A DNA stretch of 64,000 nucleotides from Camelus ferus. Lineage: Eukaryota. Shown here in pieces: positions 38,184 through 52,230 of this stretch; the stretch's first letter is position 1; every line of letters begins with the position of its first letter. Location: NCBI RefSeq assembly GCF_009834535.1, contig NC_045697.1, forward strand, positions 13,952,001-14,016,000. Direction: 5' to 3'. The notes under the pieces were generated by a model. The model was not told where the DNA came from and searched no databases. It worked only from the letters and a program-made list of their open reading frames with translations. The position numbers and the translations under genes were made by a program.

Positions 38184-40069
38184 CTCTCAGTGTATTTCTG
38201 TAGACTTCCCTTCAATGGATCTCTGCCAGTGGTAAGCATTGTTTCAGTTGCTTGTGGCTGCTCGACTGTGCATAGTTGCCTGGAAACGCTCCTTCAGTGC
38301 AAAGCTCTCCAGCCACTTTCCATACTTCCCCGTCCAGGGCTTAAAGATTCAGGAAATCCAGCCACTGGTGTTTCTTTTCAAAATCTTCTCAGTGAAAGAA
38401 TCATCTTATATATGTTGAAAATAGGAAAACAGCTCCCCAGTCGATGGGGCATGCCATATTTAAAACAAAATGAAGAAAGTTCTCCAAAAATTTTATAATT
38501 GTTGTTACACATTAAAACAAGTTAAAAATTTTCTTCTCAAGTGAACTGGATGTAAAATTTTGTTAAACCAGTGTTTTGGAAAGATATAATATTAATGGGG
38601 GATATTTAAAATGAACGTCTACCACGGTCTCTCAGTCTGGAGATTGGGTTCTTTTCCCAACAAGGTTGCATCATATTCCCACGACCCCTTTCAGTTGGGA
38701 AATGTTGAAAGTCAGATACCTTGATTTGGAATATTGATGCTTTTATTACATTTTAAAATAAGTTAATGTTGTTAGGTAACAGGTTGTGATCATTATTTCT
38801 TTTTTCCTTGGTTTGAGTTAACTTCAAGAGGTTTGGGGAATATAAAATTGGTATGATGTCTAATGATCCTCAATACAGCTGGTATTACTTGACTTTGCTA
38901 TCAAGTCATTTTCTCTTTGAAGTACAGCACAGTCACTTTAACAGCAAATAAGAATTGAAGATATCTTTGATATAATTTTCCACTATTAGTTCAAATCCTG
39001 ATTTTGAAGTATAAAATGGAAATATTATATCATCGTGCGTGAGTTAAATACCTGCCACCCCGTGATACCCATATACCATTACTAGCTTTAAAAAGATTCT
39101 TTATAAAAATGGCACTAGGTGGTGTTCAGTCCTTTTCTTCTGTTAGATGTAGGAAAAAATTATTGGTTTGGGATACAGGACAAGAAAGGAAACGTGTGCT
39201 CTGCAGTGTTTAAAAGGCATATTATCATCAGTTGTGTCTTACCTACGTTTAAAATTTGTTAGACTTTTCTCTCCTAACTGTTTTCTCTCTTCCCTGCTTA
39301 CTTTCCAACTCAGATTGTTAGTAATTCTAATTGTGCGGTATTAATATTGCCGACAACACACCCTCTGACAACTCTCTGTTGATAGATCACATGGTTAAAC
39401 TGGTTACTAGATATTGGAACTTCTCTATCATATCATGTACATTCAAGTGTATTTGATACTTGTCTCTAACGTATTTATTTAAATAATTGCTTCTACAGAT
39501 GCATGAATTGTAGTTGCTGCAGAAATGCATTTTAAGATTACTCATAATGTCCATTTTTAGTTTTAAATGCCTGTATGACTCATGGTTGATGTACTAATTT
39601 GGATTCATTCATTATGTTGTTTCTGAGGTTAAGAAATTAATCATCAGTCAAAAAAATCAGATGTATTTCTTCCCATTCTCTTTCCTTCTATGTCGTAAGC
39701 CAAAGTATCCCTCGGGGTAGATCATTGGATCTGCTTGTCAATTGCTGATGGAATTTTTTTTCGTTCAGATATATCTCAGGTATCATAAAGTGATCAGACT
39801 GGCTTGATCACATAGAGTATTGGGAGCCAAGCGGAAGCAGAAAGCAGGGGTGCATTGCCACATGTTTAAGGCATGTATCCACTCTGTTGTTAATGCAAAC
39901 AATTAATTGTGGGCTGCAGATTACTGCAGTGATTAGAAATCTGGTGTTTATTATCATCAGGTTGGGAGTCTGATTTTGATGTGAGTTTAAATTGTTAAGG
40001 CAGGTGGAATATCAACAAGCTTATCATGGTGATTTTGAAATTATCATCAAGGAAAAGATGAGAGAATGA

Positions 40070-40270
40070 GTTCAAGCACTTACTCTGACTGAGTGAGACA
40101 GTCCATCTCCAGGGTGCTTTACATATTTCACTGCACTCAGTCCTAGGAAAGGTCCTATGGCTTAGGTGGCTTTGTTCTCATTTTACAAATTGAGGAACTC
40201 AAGCTCCTTGAAGTTAATTAAACTCAGACTTCTCCCAGTCATTTCTAATTCCAGAGGAAATACTTTCCTG
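40070..40270 (-). mobile_element. MIR SINE
   Basis: 'gtgctttacatatt...ctcattttacaaattgaggaactcaagctc'. Confidence 0.55.
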
Positions 40271-40569
40271 CTACGCCTCCAACTTCCTCCTTAATAAGGG
40301 AACAGATGATGTCTCTGGTGACATATAAAGTAATCACCTGAAGGATGGATAAGCTAAGCGCCAGGGATTTGGATCGTTCCCATCAGTAACATACTAAAGA
40401 ATAACACATTCACTATGTGAAAAACAACCACCACCACAACCAGGGCACCATTAAAGTTTCTGTAAAATTGGGCCACACATTTTGAGCTTTTAACAGACAT
40501 GGCATGAAGATTAATAGATATTCTGAGATTTCCATGGAAACCAGGAAAAATACTCTGGACCTTTGAGGA

Positions 40570-41100
40570 CCATCATGCGCCAAGCCCACAGTAAGAGATA
40601 TAAAAATAAGTTAAGACGTGGTCTCTGCCCCCATGGAACTCCTACCCATGAAAATCACAACCCTGAAAAGTCTTTATAACCCACTGTGGTCATCGTGAAG
40701 TCAGGGTATAATGTGCTGTGGGCGCATGGATGGCTTCAGTGAGGAATAACATTTGAGGAGGGTCTGGAAGGATGTGTTTACCCAGGAGGAAAGAGATGAG
40801 GGAGATTTCATGTGGGTGCAAAGGCAGAGATGGGTTGATGAGCAACTCCACGGAGCTACCAAAGAATGTGTTTTGGTGAGTCAGGAGAGGGTTCTGGTTA
40901 GGTCCATGAGGCCAGTATCCCAAAGTGCCTTGAATGACGTGCTCAGGTATTCACATGCCACCTTGTTGGATAAAGAGGAGATCTATAAGTCATTTATTAA
41001 TTATAGACCAAAAATATACAGATTCATATGTTGGAAAGATTGCATTTGTAGTACTCAAGAGAATACGGTAAAGGAGAGAGATTAGAGTCAGTAACATTGG
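40570..41100 (-). mobile_element. LINE-2 fragment
   Basis: 'aagacgtggtctctgcccccatggaactc', 'ggcttcagtgaggaataacatttgag', 'gccttgaatgacgtgctcagg'. Confidence 0.55.
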
Positions 41101-41244
41101 TAAAAATATTACCTTCACTTCAAGATCTTAGGCTCTATACAACCAGTGCTTAGGGCTTGAACCAAGCATATGAATAAGACCAAAGAAGAGAGACTCAGAA
41201 ATCTTGACTCAATGTCTTCCATATATTTACAAAAAAAAAAAAAA

Positions 41245-41348
41245 AATCCATGTCTTGCTTTTAATTCTTTTAGATTTATACCTAGGAATGGAATTGCTGG
41301 ATCATATGGTAAGTCTATATTTAACATTTTGACAAAACTCCAAACTCA
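41245..41348 (-). mobile_element. Isolated LINE-1 ORF2 C-terminal fragment
   Basis: Minus frame reads LNIDLPYDPAIPFLGINLKELK, the L1 ORF2 'LPYDPAIPLLGIYP' motif. Confidence 0.8.
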
Positions 41349-42749
41349 CTGGCTTTTATAATGAGGAAATGAGAGAGAACGTTCTAGCACTAATAAAATA
41401 CACACATGTTTCTCATAAAAAAAAATCTTAGGAACCTAGTGTTCACTACACAAGGCACTCAGCTTTTATTTTTAATTTATTTGTTTTTTAGTGAATGAAT
41501 CCATTTGTGGAGGCAGTAAGGAAAAGTCATCTGTGACATCCTGATCACATGTTTAGCAGACCTTTAAAGACCTGAAGCAGGATTTAACATGGTAGGATGG
41601 AGATGGCTTATTAGAATGAGAAAGTGAAATGAGATGGTTCTTCCCAAGAGTGGGACTGTGCTTTAGCGAGGATGTGAAGATGAGGTACTCAGTGGGAGAG
41701 AGGAGGATTCGGTGAGCAGCACCGCGGAGGAAAGGGGTAATACTTAGGTGTGAAAAGGAATTCTTCGTTTTCTCCTCTCGCTTCTGTCCTCTGACGCTAC
41801 TCTCTGCTCATCCCTGTCTTTACTTACGTCAAGCTCCCCTGAATGAAAGATACACATAGGAAAGTTGTATTAACTCCTCACTTTTCCTCTGCATTAAGTG
41901 CCTCCTACTAGGAAGAAAGAAAAACTAACATTAATTTGATACCGATTAGTTGTATCTCTCCTCCATTGAACTGAATAGAAGACATGTTATACATTGGCGA
42001 GAGTTTTAGTTGTGTCTGAAAGTGGAAGGGAAGGCATTTCACATTTTGGTTCTATCTGCCCTCTTGGAACTTCTAAATGGTTTTACCAGCTCATTTCATC
42101 CCAGACAAACCCAGGAAGGCTTTACCATGAGAACCCCAGGACTCCAAATTATGGATATATGCCTTCCTTTTGACAGGTTGTTTTTTTAAAAGGAAAGAAA
42201 GAAGGAAGGAAATAAAAAGGAATACTTGAATGGCATAACAGGTTTTTGTTTTTGTTTTTTTAATTAATGTAACTTCAACGAAAGTAAATCCCAGAGTTTT
42301 GAATGTTTTATGACCTTTGGTAGCTTGTTTAAACATTCAGGACCTCAGGGTCCTCTTTTATAAAATAGGGATAATGATTTTATTCCTTTTTTGAGAAATA
42401 GGCTTTTTCTACGCACTGTGAACTCAGTGTGAAAATACTTTGTAAATTTTAATTTGCTTCGGAAATGGGTTTTCTTTGTACAGTGAATCCTTAGGGACAG
42501 TAACTTTCACTTCTTCATCATCTTCTTTACAGGAAATGTTGTGTCTCAGAGTAGTAGGAGACGTCAACAAAATTATAAAAATCATGTAAATTAGATAAAA
42601 GTATATGTGATAAGTTAAAGCCAGAATTTATAGAGTAGGTTAAGTTCGATTTGTTAATATAATTTACTAAGAATTGTGCATGGCATATTCCAAGCCCTTA
42701 AGAGCAATCATAGCTGTAAGGGACGGTGTCTTTTGTTTGTTTGTTTGTT

Positions 42750-42890
42750 TGAGTACTTACTAGGTGCTAGGTACTGTTGTAAACACACTGCATGCATGAA
42801 CTATAATTTTTACAGTCACCCTGTGAGCTATCATCCCCATTCTATGAACAGAGAAATTGAGGGATAGAGAGTTTAAGAAACTTGCCCAAC
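42750..42890 (-). mobile_element. MIR SINE fragment
   Basis: 'gagtacttactaggtgctaggtactg...ccccattctatgaacagagaaattgaggg...aacttgccca'. Confidence 0.65.
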
Positions 42891-43219
42891 ATTAAATTTA
42901 TGGTGCAAAAATGAATCTATATTCTCATTTTATATTAACCAAAGATCTCAGTAATTGATAACCAGAGCTGATTAACAAATGATAATCAGCATGTTCAGTA
43001 TTCGATATTTTATTTCCTTTAGGAGGCTATTCTTAATTTTTACAGGTTATTATTTATTTTAAACCACAGTAGATTTATTAATATAAAGGCTCCTTAGGTG
43101 AGTGGTTTTCAAATGGTACCCCGAGGATCCCCAGGAATTCCTTGAAGAACATCATATCTTCATCACTATTCACTCCAGGTATATCCATTTTATATATCAG
43201 GTGTCATTATTAGAGCCTG

Positions 43220-43390
43220 ACCTTCCTTTTCTTCTTCCTTCCTCTCTCCTTTCCTTCCTTCCTTTCTTTCTTCCTCCCTCCTGGTTCCCCCCTACCCTCC
43301 TTCCTTTCAGTTCTTCCAGCCATTATCCATCCATCCATCCATCTGTTCCTCCAGTTATCTATCTATACAAACATCCAACCAACTAACTAA
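43220..43390. repeat. (TTCC)/(ATCC)-type degenerate simple repeat
   Basis: Directly visible. Confidence 0.75.
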
Positions 43391-46300
43391 TCAACAAATA
43401 GGCACTGGAGTCTCCGTATATATTAAGCTAGCAGTGGATGCTAGCATTTGCATTCCTATAAAAGAAGGATCTAAAAGGTTTTTTTTTTCTAATTTTCAAA
43501 AACCACAAAGGGTGAATTTAGAACACAATTTTATTTAATAAAACTAAGCCCATATGAAACACTTTGGAAACATATTATTTACATATTATATGCTATAGCC
43601 TTTTTACTAGAATCAAAGATGTTCCCTCTTAAGAAGGGGAGATGTGAGTTGTTTGCAGCTTTGAGGAGTTACGTAGACCTTGGCTCTGGGAATGCAAATG
43701 TACTTTGTTGTGCTGTACAAATGATTATTTCCCCTTTTAAATCTTTTACGAACTTCAAGTCAAGGAGGGTGACATTTTCACAAACATCAGGCCTTGATGG
43801 TTTGATTGACATGATTTGAACTCACAAGTAATCAATCTGAGTTGACACATACTAGTAAGGTCTTTGTTCAAAATGGAAAAACAGATTGTTTCTGAAAAGG
43901 AAAAAAAACAATTAACTGTATTTTTACCCTTAAATATTTAAAGTACTTAGGATGAAAAAGAAGAAAACTCCAACAGAGCATTTGCAATTTTAGATTTCAG
44001 GATCTTTCTAGAACTTGTGCAGATCACTTCATTAATGTCAGCAATATTGTTAAATCCAAATGTATAAGCAAAAGTATTAGCTACTAAGTACCAGTGCATT
44101 AAAAATTTTGGTCCTTCCTGATCGAATGCATAGTACTTGAAAATACAGTTCTTAATTTTAACGTAGATCATATGCACCCTTTAAAGACTCTATAACAGAA
44201 AAACATTTTTTTGAGTAAGAAATTTAGATTTCTCTCAATAGTTTTTCTTAATAAGCATATTCAGAAACTTCAATGGGATTTTCAATCTTGACTCAAAATA
44301 CACTATCCATGATTTTTTTTGTTTGTTTTCTTTTTAAGAAAACATTAAGAAAGAAAGATTGAATAAATCGCTGATTTCTCCTGATTAAAAGGACTTTCCC
44401 AGGGACAGCCTAATTAGCATATGCCTCCCCCTCCTCCCCTCCCTCCTTCCCCCTCTCCTGTCCCACCTTAGAGGACACCTTCCCTGAGGCAGGTGGGAGA
44501 GCCTGAATCTACACTTGGTGAGATTATAAAACCAGAACAAAGGACGTGCTGATTTCTCTTGAAGATTGAAACCATCTTATTAAAGCTGGTTCTATTTACC
44601 TAACTTAACACTTTTGGTGGGGCTTGGAGCCCAGGACTGGTGGGTGGTGAGGGAAGAGGCAGAGGACCATAACAAGGACACTTTGCGAAATCTCAAGGGG
44701 ATGGAGTAAGGGTATCAGGTGCTTGAGAAATGAGGGGCTCTGACTGAATACATTTACTGGATCTGGAGGATTTGGAGGTTAAAAAAAAAGAACAGCTTGT
44801 TTTTCATGGTTTAATTTTCTAAGCAGATTTACAGATTGTCCTAATTTTGATGTGGGTTACATACATTTCAGTTACATTTTTATAATCTGAGAGTGGTATG
44901 TTTTAATTCTTTGCATTTTGTTTTGTAAACTTTTGTAATTTTTTTAGTCCCTAGCAATGCACATATTCTCTTATAATTAGATATTTCTATATCTAAAACT
45001 ATATCTAAAATACGTATAAACAAACATATATTTTTCCTGAAACTCGATCCTGAAGATTTTGCTTTTCTAATTAATTTTTATAGATTAATTTATTTTAACC
45101 ACACACTTCTCCTGTAGAACTTAAACATTGACAGCGTTTTTGTTAATATTAAAATGTCTCCTTTAAAAATTCATTTTCCAAGAGAAACGAAAGTATTTAA
45201 AGGAGAGGTTTTAATGTTGAGAAGTTGCTTTGGTACTTGGTCTGTAGGTTAAGTACACCTTCAGATATTGGAAAAATAACAGCACTTATGGTTGATTAAA
45301 CCCTGATAATAAAACAATAAAATAAAAATAAACCCTTGAACTATATTCTGCCTCAGATGTCTATTCAAAACTATCTGTTATTAAATGGGTAAAGTACACT
45401 GAGTCTCAAGAAAAAGTAAATATCAAGTGAATAATCATGACATTAAAATAAGAGAATACAAATATTTGGGATTTATTTCATTTTCTTAACTTGAAACATG
45501 TGTATGATCTTTAACATATAGAGCAAAAAGTAAAAATACGATTAAGCCATTTTGAATGCCATTTTGAAAACAAGAGAAAGAAAAGGTATATTTCATTAAT
45601 CTGCAGCGATAATTTAAACTATCGTACTGTGTCTTCCTTACCATAATTATTTCTGCAGACAAGGAGAATAACTTGGGGAGAATTTGCATTTACTTTTGCT
45701 TAACATTGTTTCTGTCCTTGGGTTTCACTTCCGTCCCATGGTGATACGTAAAAGTAGGCCCACCTGTTTTCCACTGGGCTTTTAGTTCGGGTAAATTCTT
45801 ACAACACAGCAATGTATTCCTAATCAGAGTTCTTTTGGAAATCTGAGGTAAGCTAATGATAACAATAATAATAATAATATAAAGCTGCAGTCAATAAAAT
45901 GAAAGATCTTCCAGAAAGACTGCACCCCTCAAAAGAAAAAAAAAGAAAAGAAATCCACGAACAGACGCACAAACTTCCTGTGCCGACTTAAAAGCTTTAT
46001 GAATCAAGTTTATGAATAAGGAAATCAGTTCACTTCCGTGAAGTCCAGAAAGGGAATATTTAAACATAAATCCTGATGGATAACATATAGGCAGCATGTA
46101 TTTTCCTACAACAAATTATAAGAGAATGGATCATTATAGCGTATAGATTTTAATGAGCTGGAATTATTTCTGTCTTTGAAAAGATTTCTGTGAACTGGAA
46201 AAGGCAGAGGAAAAACTATTTTTTCTTCAACATTTGCAAAAGTATTTTGAATTAGTGTTCCCCCATTTCTATTTTAAGTTAGCAAAAGTGAAAGTTATTT

Positions 46301-47537
46301 TCTTGTTAAAAAAATCAGTTCAGAAAGGCCGTCTTCCATTGATTTTTCAACTTGAAGGGAACAAGGAGGGGAAAGTTGGTCTTTGCTCTCTGTCCATGAG
46401 GGTATTATGCCTGTCAGCTTGTGCTTAAATGGTTTATTCTGAGAAGTAGACTTTACACTTAGAGAAATTTCAGAATGGAGCATGTGCATCCCATGGAGTC
46501 CTTGCAAATGGAAAAATGCATCAAGGAGGCCAGCTTCATGTATCCTGTCCCCCTGCACTTCTGTAAGAGCTCATTTTCAATGATGATTCAAATAATTGAA
46601 AAACAAAGGGTCTGCATTTCGGGATAGCTGAACGGTTCACCAGCTAGCTCTTCACTGCAAAGAGGAAAAGAAAACTTAACTGCCCAGTTGATCATGTTAG
46701 CAGATAATTAAGAATAAGAAAATCTAAAAAATTCTTAAATCAAACTAAGTGGTACAACCTAAAATTCAGGCAGTAACCATCTTATCAAAGTTTGCTTTCT
46801 AGTTTCCATTTTTCTCTAATTGCAAAATTTTTATGCTTAATAGCTTAACTGCCATTTTGTGTAATTATATTGAAAATTGTTTCATGTAAAACATTTTCCT
46901 ATTCTGAAGGTTATTTTGAGAAAAACTTGAACTTCATTTTCTCTCACTCATATATGTAAATTAGCCAGTACAAGCAAATAGCTGCTATGAGAAGCCAGGT
47001 GTTTTCAATGATCTAATAACTAATTCCAGGCTATGAATTTTATAACTTCTTAAGTTCAATTTTAAAATAAACGTTCAGGGGTGAATTGAGTTCTAGGAGG
47101 TCACAAAATCAAACCATTAACTGCAGTATACTCTGAAGTTCCTCCTAATTTACATGCTGACGTCACAGAATTTCTGAGAGTTGTTCTCAGTATTGCATTT
47201 GATTAACTCATCAGTATAGCATGTTTCATCTACATGTATATATGCAATTTTATATGTTCTCTACCAAATAAAATTCTCCTCCATAGAGTGATATTTCAGG
47301 TCCTCCAAAACCCAGTCCAAGTGAAGTCCTAGTTCTAGTGAAGTTTCCAACTTGAACTCTCACTGCTTCATGCTCCTCAGCTGACTGAACTTTTTGTTAT
47401 TCTCTGATTGCTTAATGACAGGTTCAGCACAGATACCAGCTATTCAGAACATACATTCATACACCCTATAAATGTTTAACTGCTGGATATCAGATCTAAT
47501 TTTTTTCTCATACATGTTCTGTAATTTCTAACATCCC

Positions 47538-47990
47538 TATATCAGTTAAGAATGATTCATGTAACACAGCATACAACTGCCAAGTCTTAAACTATTGGTA
47601 TTTGTATAAGAAAAGTCTAGAGGTAGGCCAGCAGTTCAGGGCTAATGTAAATCCTCAGCAGTGACTTGAGGGACCCAGGCTCTTTCTGCCTTTCTGCTTC
47701 ACCATCTTTAGTATGTTGGCTTTTGTCCTCAGGATTATCACCTCGTATTCACAGTGTGACTGCTGTGCCTCCAACTTTTCATCCATATTCCAGGCAAGGA
47801 AAAGTGTTAAGTGGAAAAGAGCAAAAGTAAAGGACTGTGCCAGTTTGTGGTTTTTTGTTTTTTCTGTAAAGTAGAAGACCTACCCAAGCAGTCTTCGGTT
47901 CACATGTCTTTGGCCAACACTCTACCATGGCTGTCCCTACTGGAAGGTGGCTAAGGAGGAGGAAGTGCGAGTGGGGATGGGGTCATTGAA
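47538..47990 (-). mobile_element. Old ERVL-MaLR (MLT1J-like) solo LTR
   Basis: 'aagtctagaggtaggc...gggacccaggctctttctgcctttctgcttcaccatc...catccatattccaggca'. Confidence 0.65.
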
Positions 47991-48244
47991 TGAACCCATT
48001 CCCACAACTGCCTCTCACTCACGTGCATCCCTCTATTTGGAAAGGTCTTTCTGTCGTCTCTCCTGTGCCTTTCACCCACATCTTGTGGACCGGCTGCCCA
48101 TTTTCTCCGGTTCTGACTGAGGGCCCACCAGCTGTTCTTCATGTTTCCCTGTACAGTATCACTTCTTAAACCTTCATAACACAAGGCAGAGTACCTGTAA
48201 CTAGCTATGTGAAGCTGTGCCTTAATCTTGAGTTGAAGACTATA

Positions 48245-48830
48245 TGACTCTTTCAGTTGCAGGTGTCAAAAAATAATTTAAACTAGTTTCTTTCATAACT
48301 CATTTTTTTCACATGGAAGTCCGAGGATTCGCTGGCTTCAGGCATGTGTGGAACCAGAGGCTGAAATGACGTGCCCCTTGGTATCCCATGTGTCTGTCCT
48401 CATTCTCAGGCTCATCCCTCTCCCTCCCCGCCCCTTCTCCCTCTCCTGACTCCTCTGTCTCTCATATCCTTTATTCTACTTTCCTCTGTTTTGCTCCATT
48501 CTGAAATAGGTTCTCAACACATTGTGGAAAATGTAGCTATTTGTGGCTCTTAACTTGCCTGGTTTTTTATTATGACAGAGTCAGGGAGCCCCTCTTGCTC
48601 CCAAGTGCATTTGCCAAATGTTTCTGAAAGAAATATGATGAGCCTTGATTGGCCACGTTTCCATCCTTTAACCAATCACTGTGGAGGAGATTAGAATATT
48701 AAGATTGGCTAGGCGGATATCATGTGACCATTCTGCTGGCCCAGGGGTAGAGAGAACTGTAACTGATGGTCCCGCCACAACCATGTGGGATGTTGGGGGT
48801 AAGTGCTGTGCAGGCAAAATAATAGCTGGT
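48245..48830 (-). mobile_element. Old ERVL-MaLR (MLT1-type) solo LTR
   Basis: 'ttcagttgcagg...ggcttcaggcatg...gaaccagaggct', 'gattggccacg...aaccaatcactgtgg'. Confidence 0.55.
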
Positions 48831-51800
48831 GTTTTTCCTATCGTTTTGTCCCTCCGTGTGTCTGCCTCTGACAAAGGAAGTGGGAGCCCAGTAAGTGCTT
48901 GAAGGAGTGAATGGAAAGGTAGGATAAGAGAAGAGCTGAGCTGACCCATAAACAGGAGGAGAAACCCAGGTAGCATCTCAGTGGTTCACAAGCTGTGTTT
49001 AGATCATGCAGTGCCATTTTGTATTTTGAATCCATACAAATTCCCGGTAGATTAGTCAGTTTTCTTTTAATAAGAAATTTCAACCCAAAATCACATCCAA
49101 AAAATATGTTATCTCACCTTCTTTTCTTTCAGCAGTGTTTACTGAGTGCCTCCTCTGTGCCAGGGCACAAAGTGGAAGGTGTCGTATTCTTTTAGTGACG
49201 AGAATTGAGGTGTTTTTCTCTAAACGTAATGAAAACGTTACTCTGATAGAGAAAATAACAGGTGATGACGTAGTTAGCAAGTGAAATATATTCGGGGAAC
49301 CATTTGTTTCCTTAAAGCTTCCTATATAACTATATAGTGTTGTATCCAACGCTGGCTTATGGAAATATGAGAAAATGAATTCAGGTATTTAACCTCCTTG
49401 ATTTTAAACCAAGTAGCGAGCCATTTGATACATTTTTAGGTCTCTCAAAAAACATCCTAAACACAAGCATGTAACTCCAAATAAAATAACTTTATATTTA
49501 CACACTTTATTTCTGTTATCCTGTTGACTGACTCAGAAGCCTGCTGGCGTGAAAGATTTCAGCATTTATTTCTCCTGATTTTTTTTTTCCATTTGCCTTG
49601 AATAACTCAGTTCATGAAAGGCCCCTGAAAGGTTCACGGCCATCGCGCTCTGTCTTTTGCCATCAGTGTTTGGGATGAGGGAAGGGTGAACTTGAAGCCT
49701 GGTTCCCTCTTTGTCACTGCTGCACCTGGTCATTATCTCTCCAGAAAGCAGGTTGAATCTGTCTGGAAACGCTTCCCAAGGCTGCGTCCATTCAGCCCAT
49801 TCTTGTAGGGGTAATGAGACTTGGAACTTATTTCAGTGGGCCTGCCCGGGAACAGCATTCCTCTTAGTTTTCTTTTAAAGATTGATTGGTTTGCAATGGA
49901 AGGCAGATAACACTACTCTTTTTCTCACTTTCTCCCTTTTTTTTTTTTTTTCCATTCTTGAAAACTTGATGCTGTTACAATGAGAAGTCTTACTTGACAG
50001 ATTTTGTGTCCATGTTTTATGCCCTTCTCTAAACCTGATTCTTGAAGCTGAGGAACTTTTAATGGGACTCTTTAGCTAAGCTGAAATCACTTATATAATC
50101 TAGTTCTGTATCGTTTTTTTTCTGATTTTTGAAATGGTGTGATGAGATAGAAAAAGAGCGAGGAGTAGCATGGAAGGAGACATGGAAGAGAATTTCTAAA
50201 ACTTGTCATTTTGCAGACTGACTCAGACGAAAGTTCTCCACAGTCTCCTGGAAAGAAATTTTAAACACAATTTTTGGCCTTTTTAGGAATTAATTAAGAA
50301 TAATTGTATGGGTTTGTAGTAAACTACAACAATCTCTCTATACTGCAGTCAGTGCTCAAAATGTGCCCCTGGAACAAGTTAATGAGGATGTTTCACAGCA
50401 ATAACTGTAATTCTAGTCAAGGAAAAATCAATCCAAATAAATTCAACATAACATTTAAACACCTCTTCTGTGCCCTGGGTCTTTTCCGGGATCTAGAAAA
50501 CTACTTTAAGTAATTTATATAATTGAGGCATTTGTTTTAGTGGTGGGAATTTTTAAAAGTTAAAAAAGGCTCATGATAAAATTTGACAGGTGCTCTGAGA
50601 GCAGTAAATATGAGGAATTGAGGGAATCCTTACTTTTGACATCGTAGGCTCTAAGGAAGTGTTTTATATCCTGACTCCAGTTTTGGGAGGTCTGCTGCAT
50701 ACTTACAGGATGACAGAAATGATTTTTTTTCTCCTGTAGTGGGTAGATATTTATACATCACATTCAGATATATAAAAAAAAATTCTGTTTTATTTGTCAG
50801 TAGTTGCATCCTGCCCAAAGTGATGGAGAGAGAAAGTAACTTTGCTAAATAGAGTTATTCAGCCACCTTTGGTTTATACTAGTCTCTTTCACATGAGTTC
50901 AATTGCAGTAGACTAAATCCTCAGTCAATTTGAAGTTGACTGGTCAGGAATGTGTCTTCTGTCAATGAGTCCGTGCTCCTTCTGTTTTCTCCCCAAAGTG
51001 GCCCTGAGAGAAGGGGTAGATCCACATGTTCTGTAGTCAGAGTGCAAGGTGCCTCTGGTCTGTGTGCTGTGTTTGTCCCCATTGATTTCTTCTGGGAGCA
51101 GAGGTATTGTCTGGTGGTGTCTGGATACAATGCTTTGTATTGTTCCCAAATATCTTCTGTCCTTGTCCACCAAGGTACAGCTATTTTGGGATGGTAATGC
51201 TCATACAGTCTGTGAAAGGTCAGAGGTTCCTTTGCTTCTGGCTTTTGAGATCCCCGTAGTTTATAGCAGGCGTTGGCAAAATATGGCATGCAAACAAAAA
51301 TCCAGCTGCTGTGGGCCAAACCCAGCCACACCAATCCATTTATGCATTTCCTCTGTCTGTTTTAGTTCTACAATAACATAGGTTAGTAGTTTCTACAAAG
51401 ATTGCATGGCCCACAAAGCCTAACACACTAAGTGGTTCTTTTCAGAAAAAGTTTGCCTCGGGGAAGGTCGGCATCTTGGCGGTAGGAGGTGCTCTCTGTC
51501 TCTCCCTTTCAATCTACAACTGGTAAAACACTCATGTCTCAACAGAGTCTCCTCTGCCCAGCACACTGGGGAGATCCGCACATCTGTACATCTGAAGGTG
51601 AATAAACCAGAGCACAAAGAGGAGGCAAGCTGGGGGAGCAGCTGAGGTGGTGGCTGTGACTTCCCCCCCGCCCCCCGGCCGTAGAATCCAATAGTAGCTG
51701 GGGAAGCAGTACACAGGATTCCGGCTTCCCAGCTGCAGCAGCGTCCATGGCCTAAAGGAACCAGGCGTCAGTGATGGTGGGGCCTGTGACCCCAGTTCCT

Positions 51801-52230
51801 CCAGCTGCAGCAGCACCCGTAACTCTGGTCCCTCTGCCTGCAGCAGTGGCACCCACACATACAGCATCCCTGAAGCACTCCTGGCTCCCTCCGTGCGACC
51901 CCACCCCCTGTTGTGGTGGGGACACCTGCCATCCCAGTGGGATGACAACAGCGAACACTGGCCGTAGGCAACAGCCAGGCACCAATGACCCTAAAGGCAT
52001 GAGCAGCCACAAGAAGGGCACTGGCAACACCACTGGCAGAGGCAGGAGAGGGTGCAAAGTGCCGACTGTCAAATGGAGCCAGAGGCTGCTCAGGTAGGAA
52101 ACCAGAAACTTGTGCTGTAGCACCACCTACTGCAAAACAAAAGAAGGGCCTCTAATCGCCAATCTATCAAATTATTAGAATCAAAATTTAAAAAGCTTTA
52201 CCTAAATAAGAGAAGTGTTTGCTACTTCAA

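Noticed and set aside
38009..38498. 159-aa and 76-aa ORFs
   Set aside because: Open frames are produced by the (AC)n microsatellite; no recognisable protein or splice context
51420..52126. Cluster of overlapping 65-138 aa ORFs on both strands
   Set aside because: They lie in the GC-rich L1 5' UTR where stops are scarce; no support for an ORF0-like product
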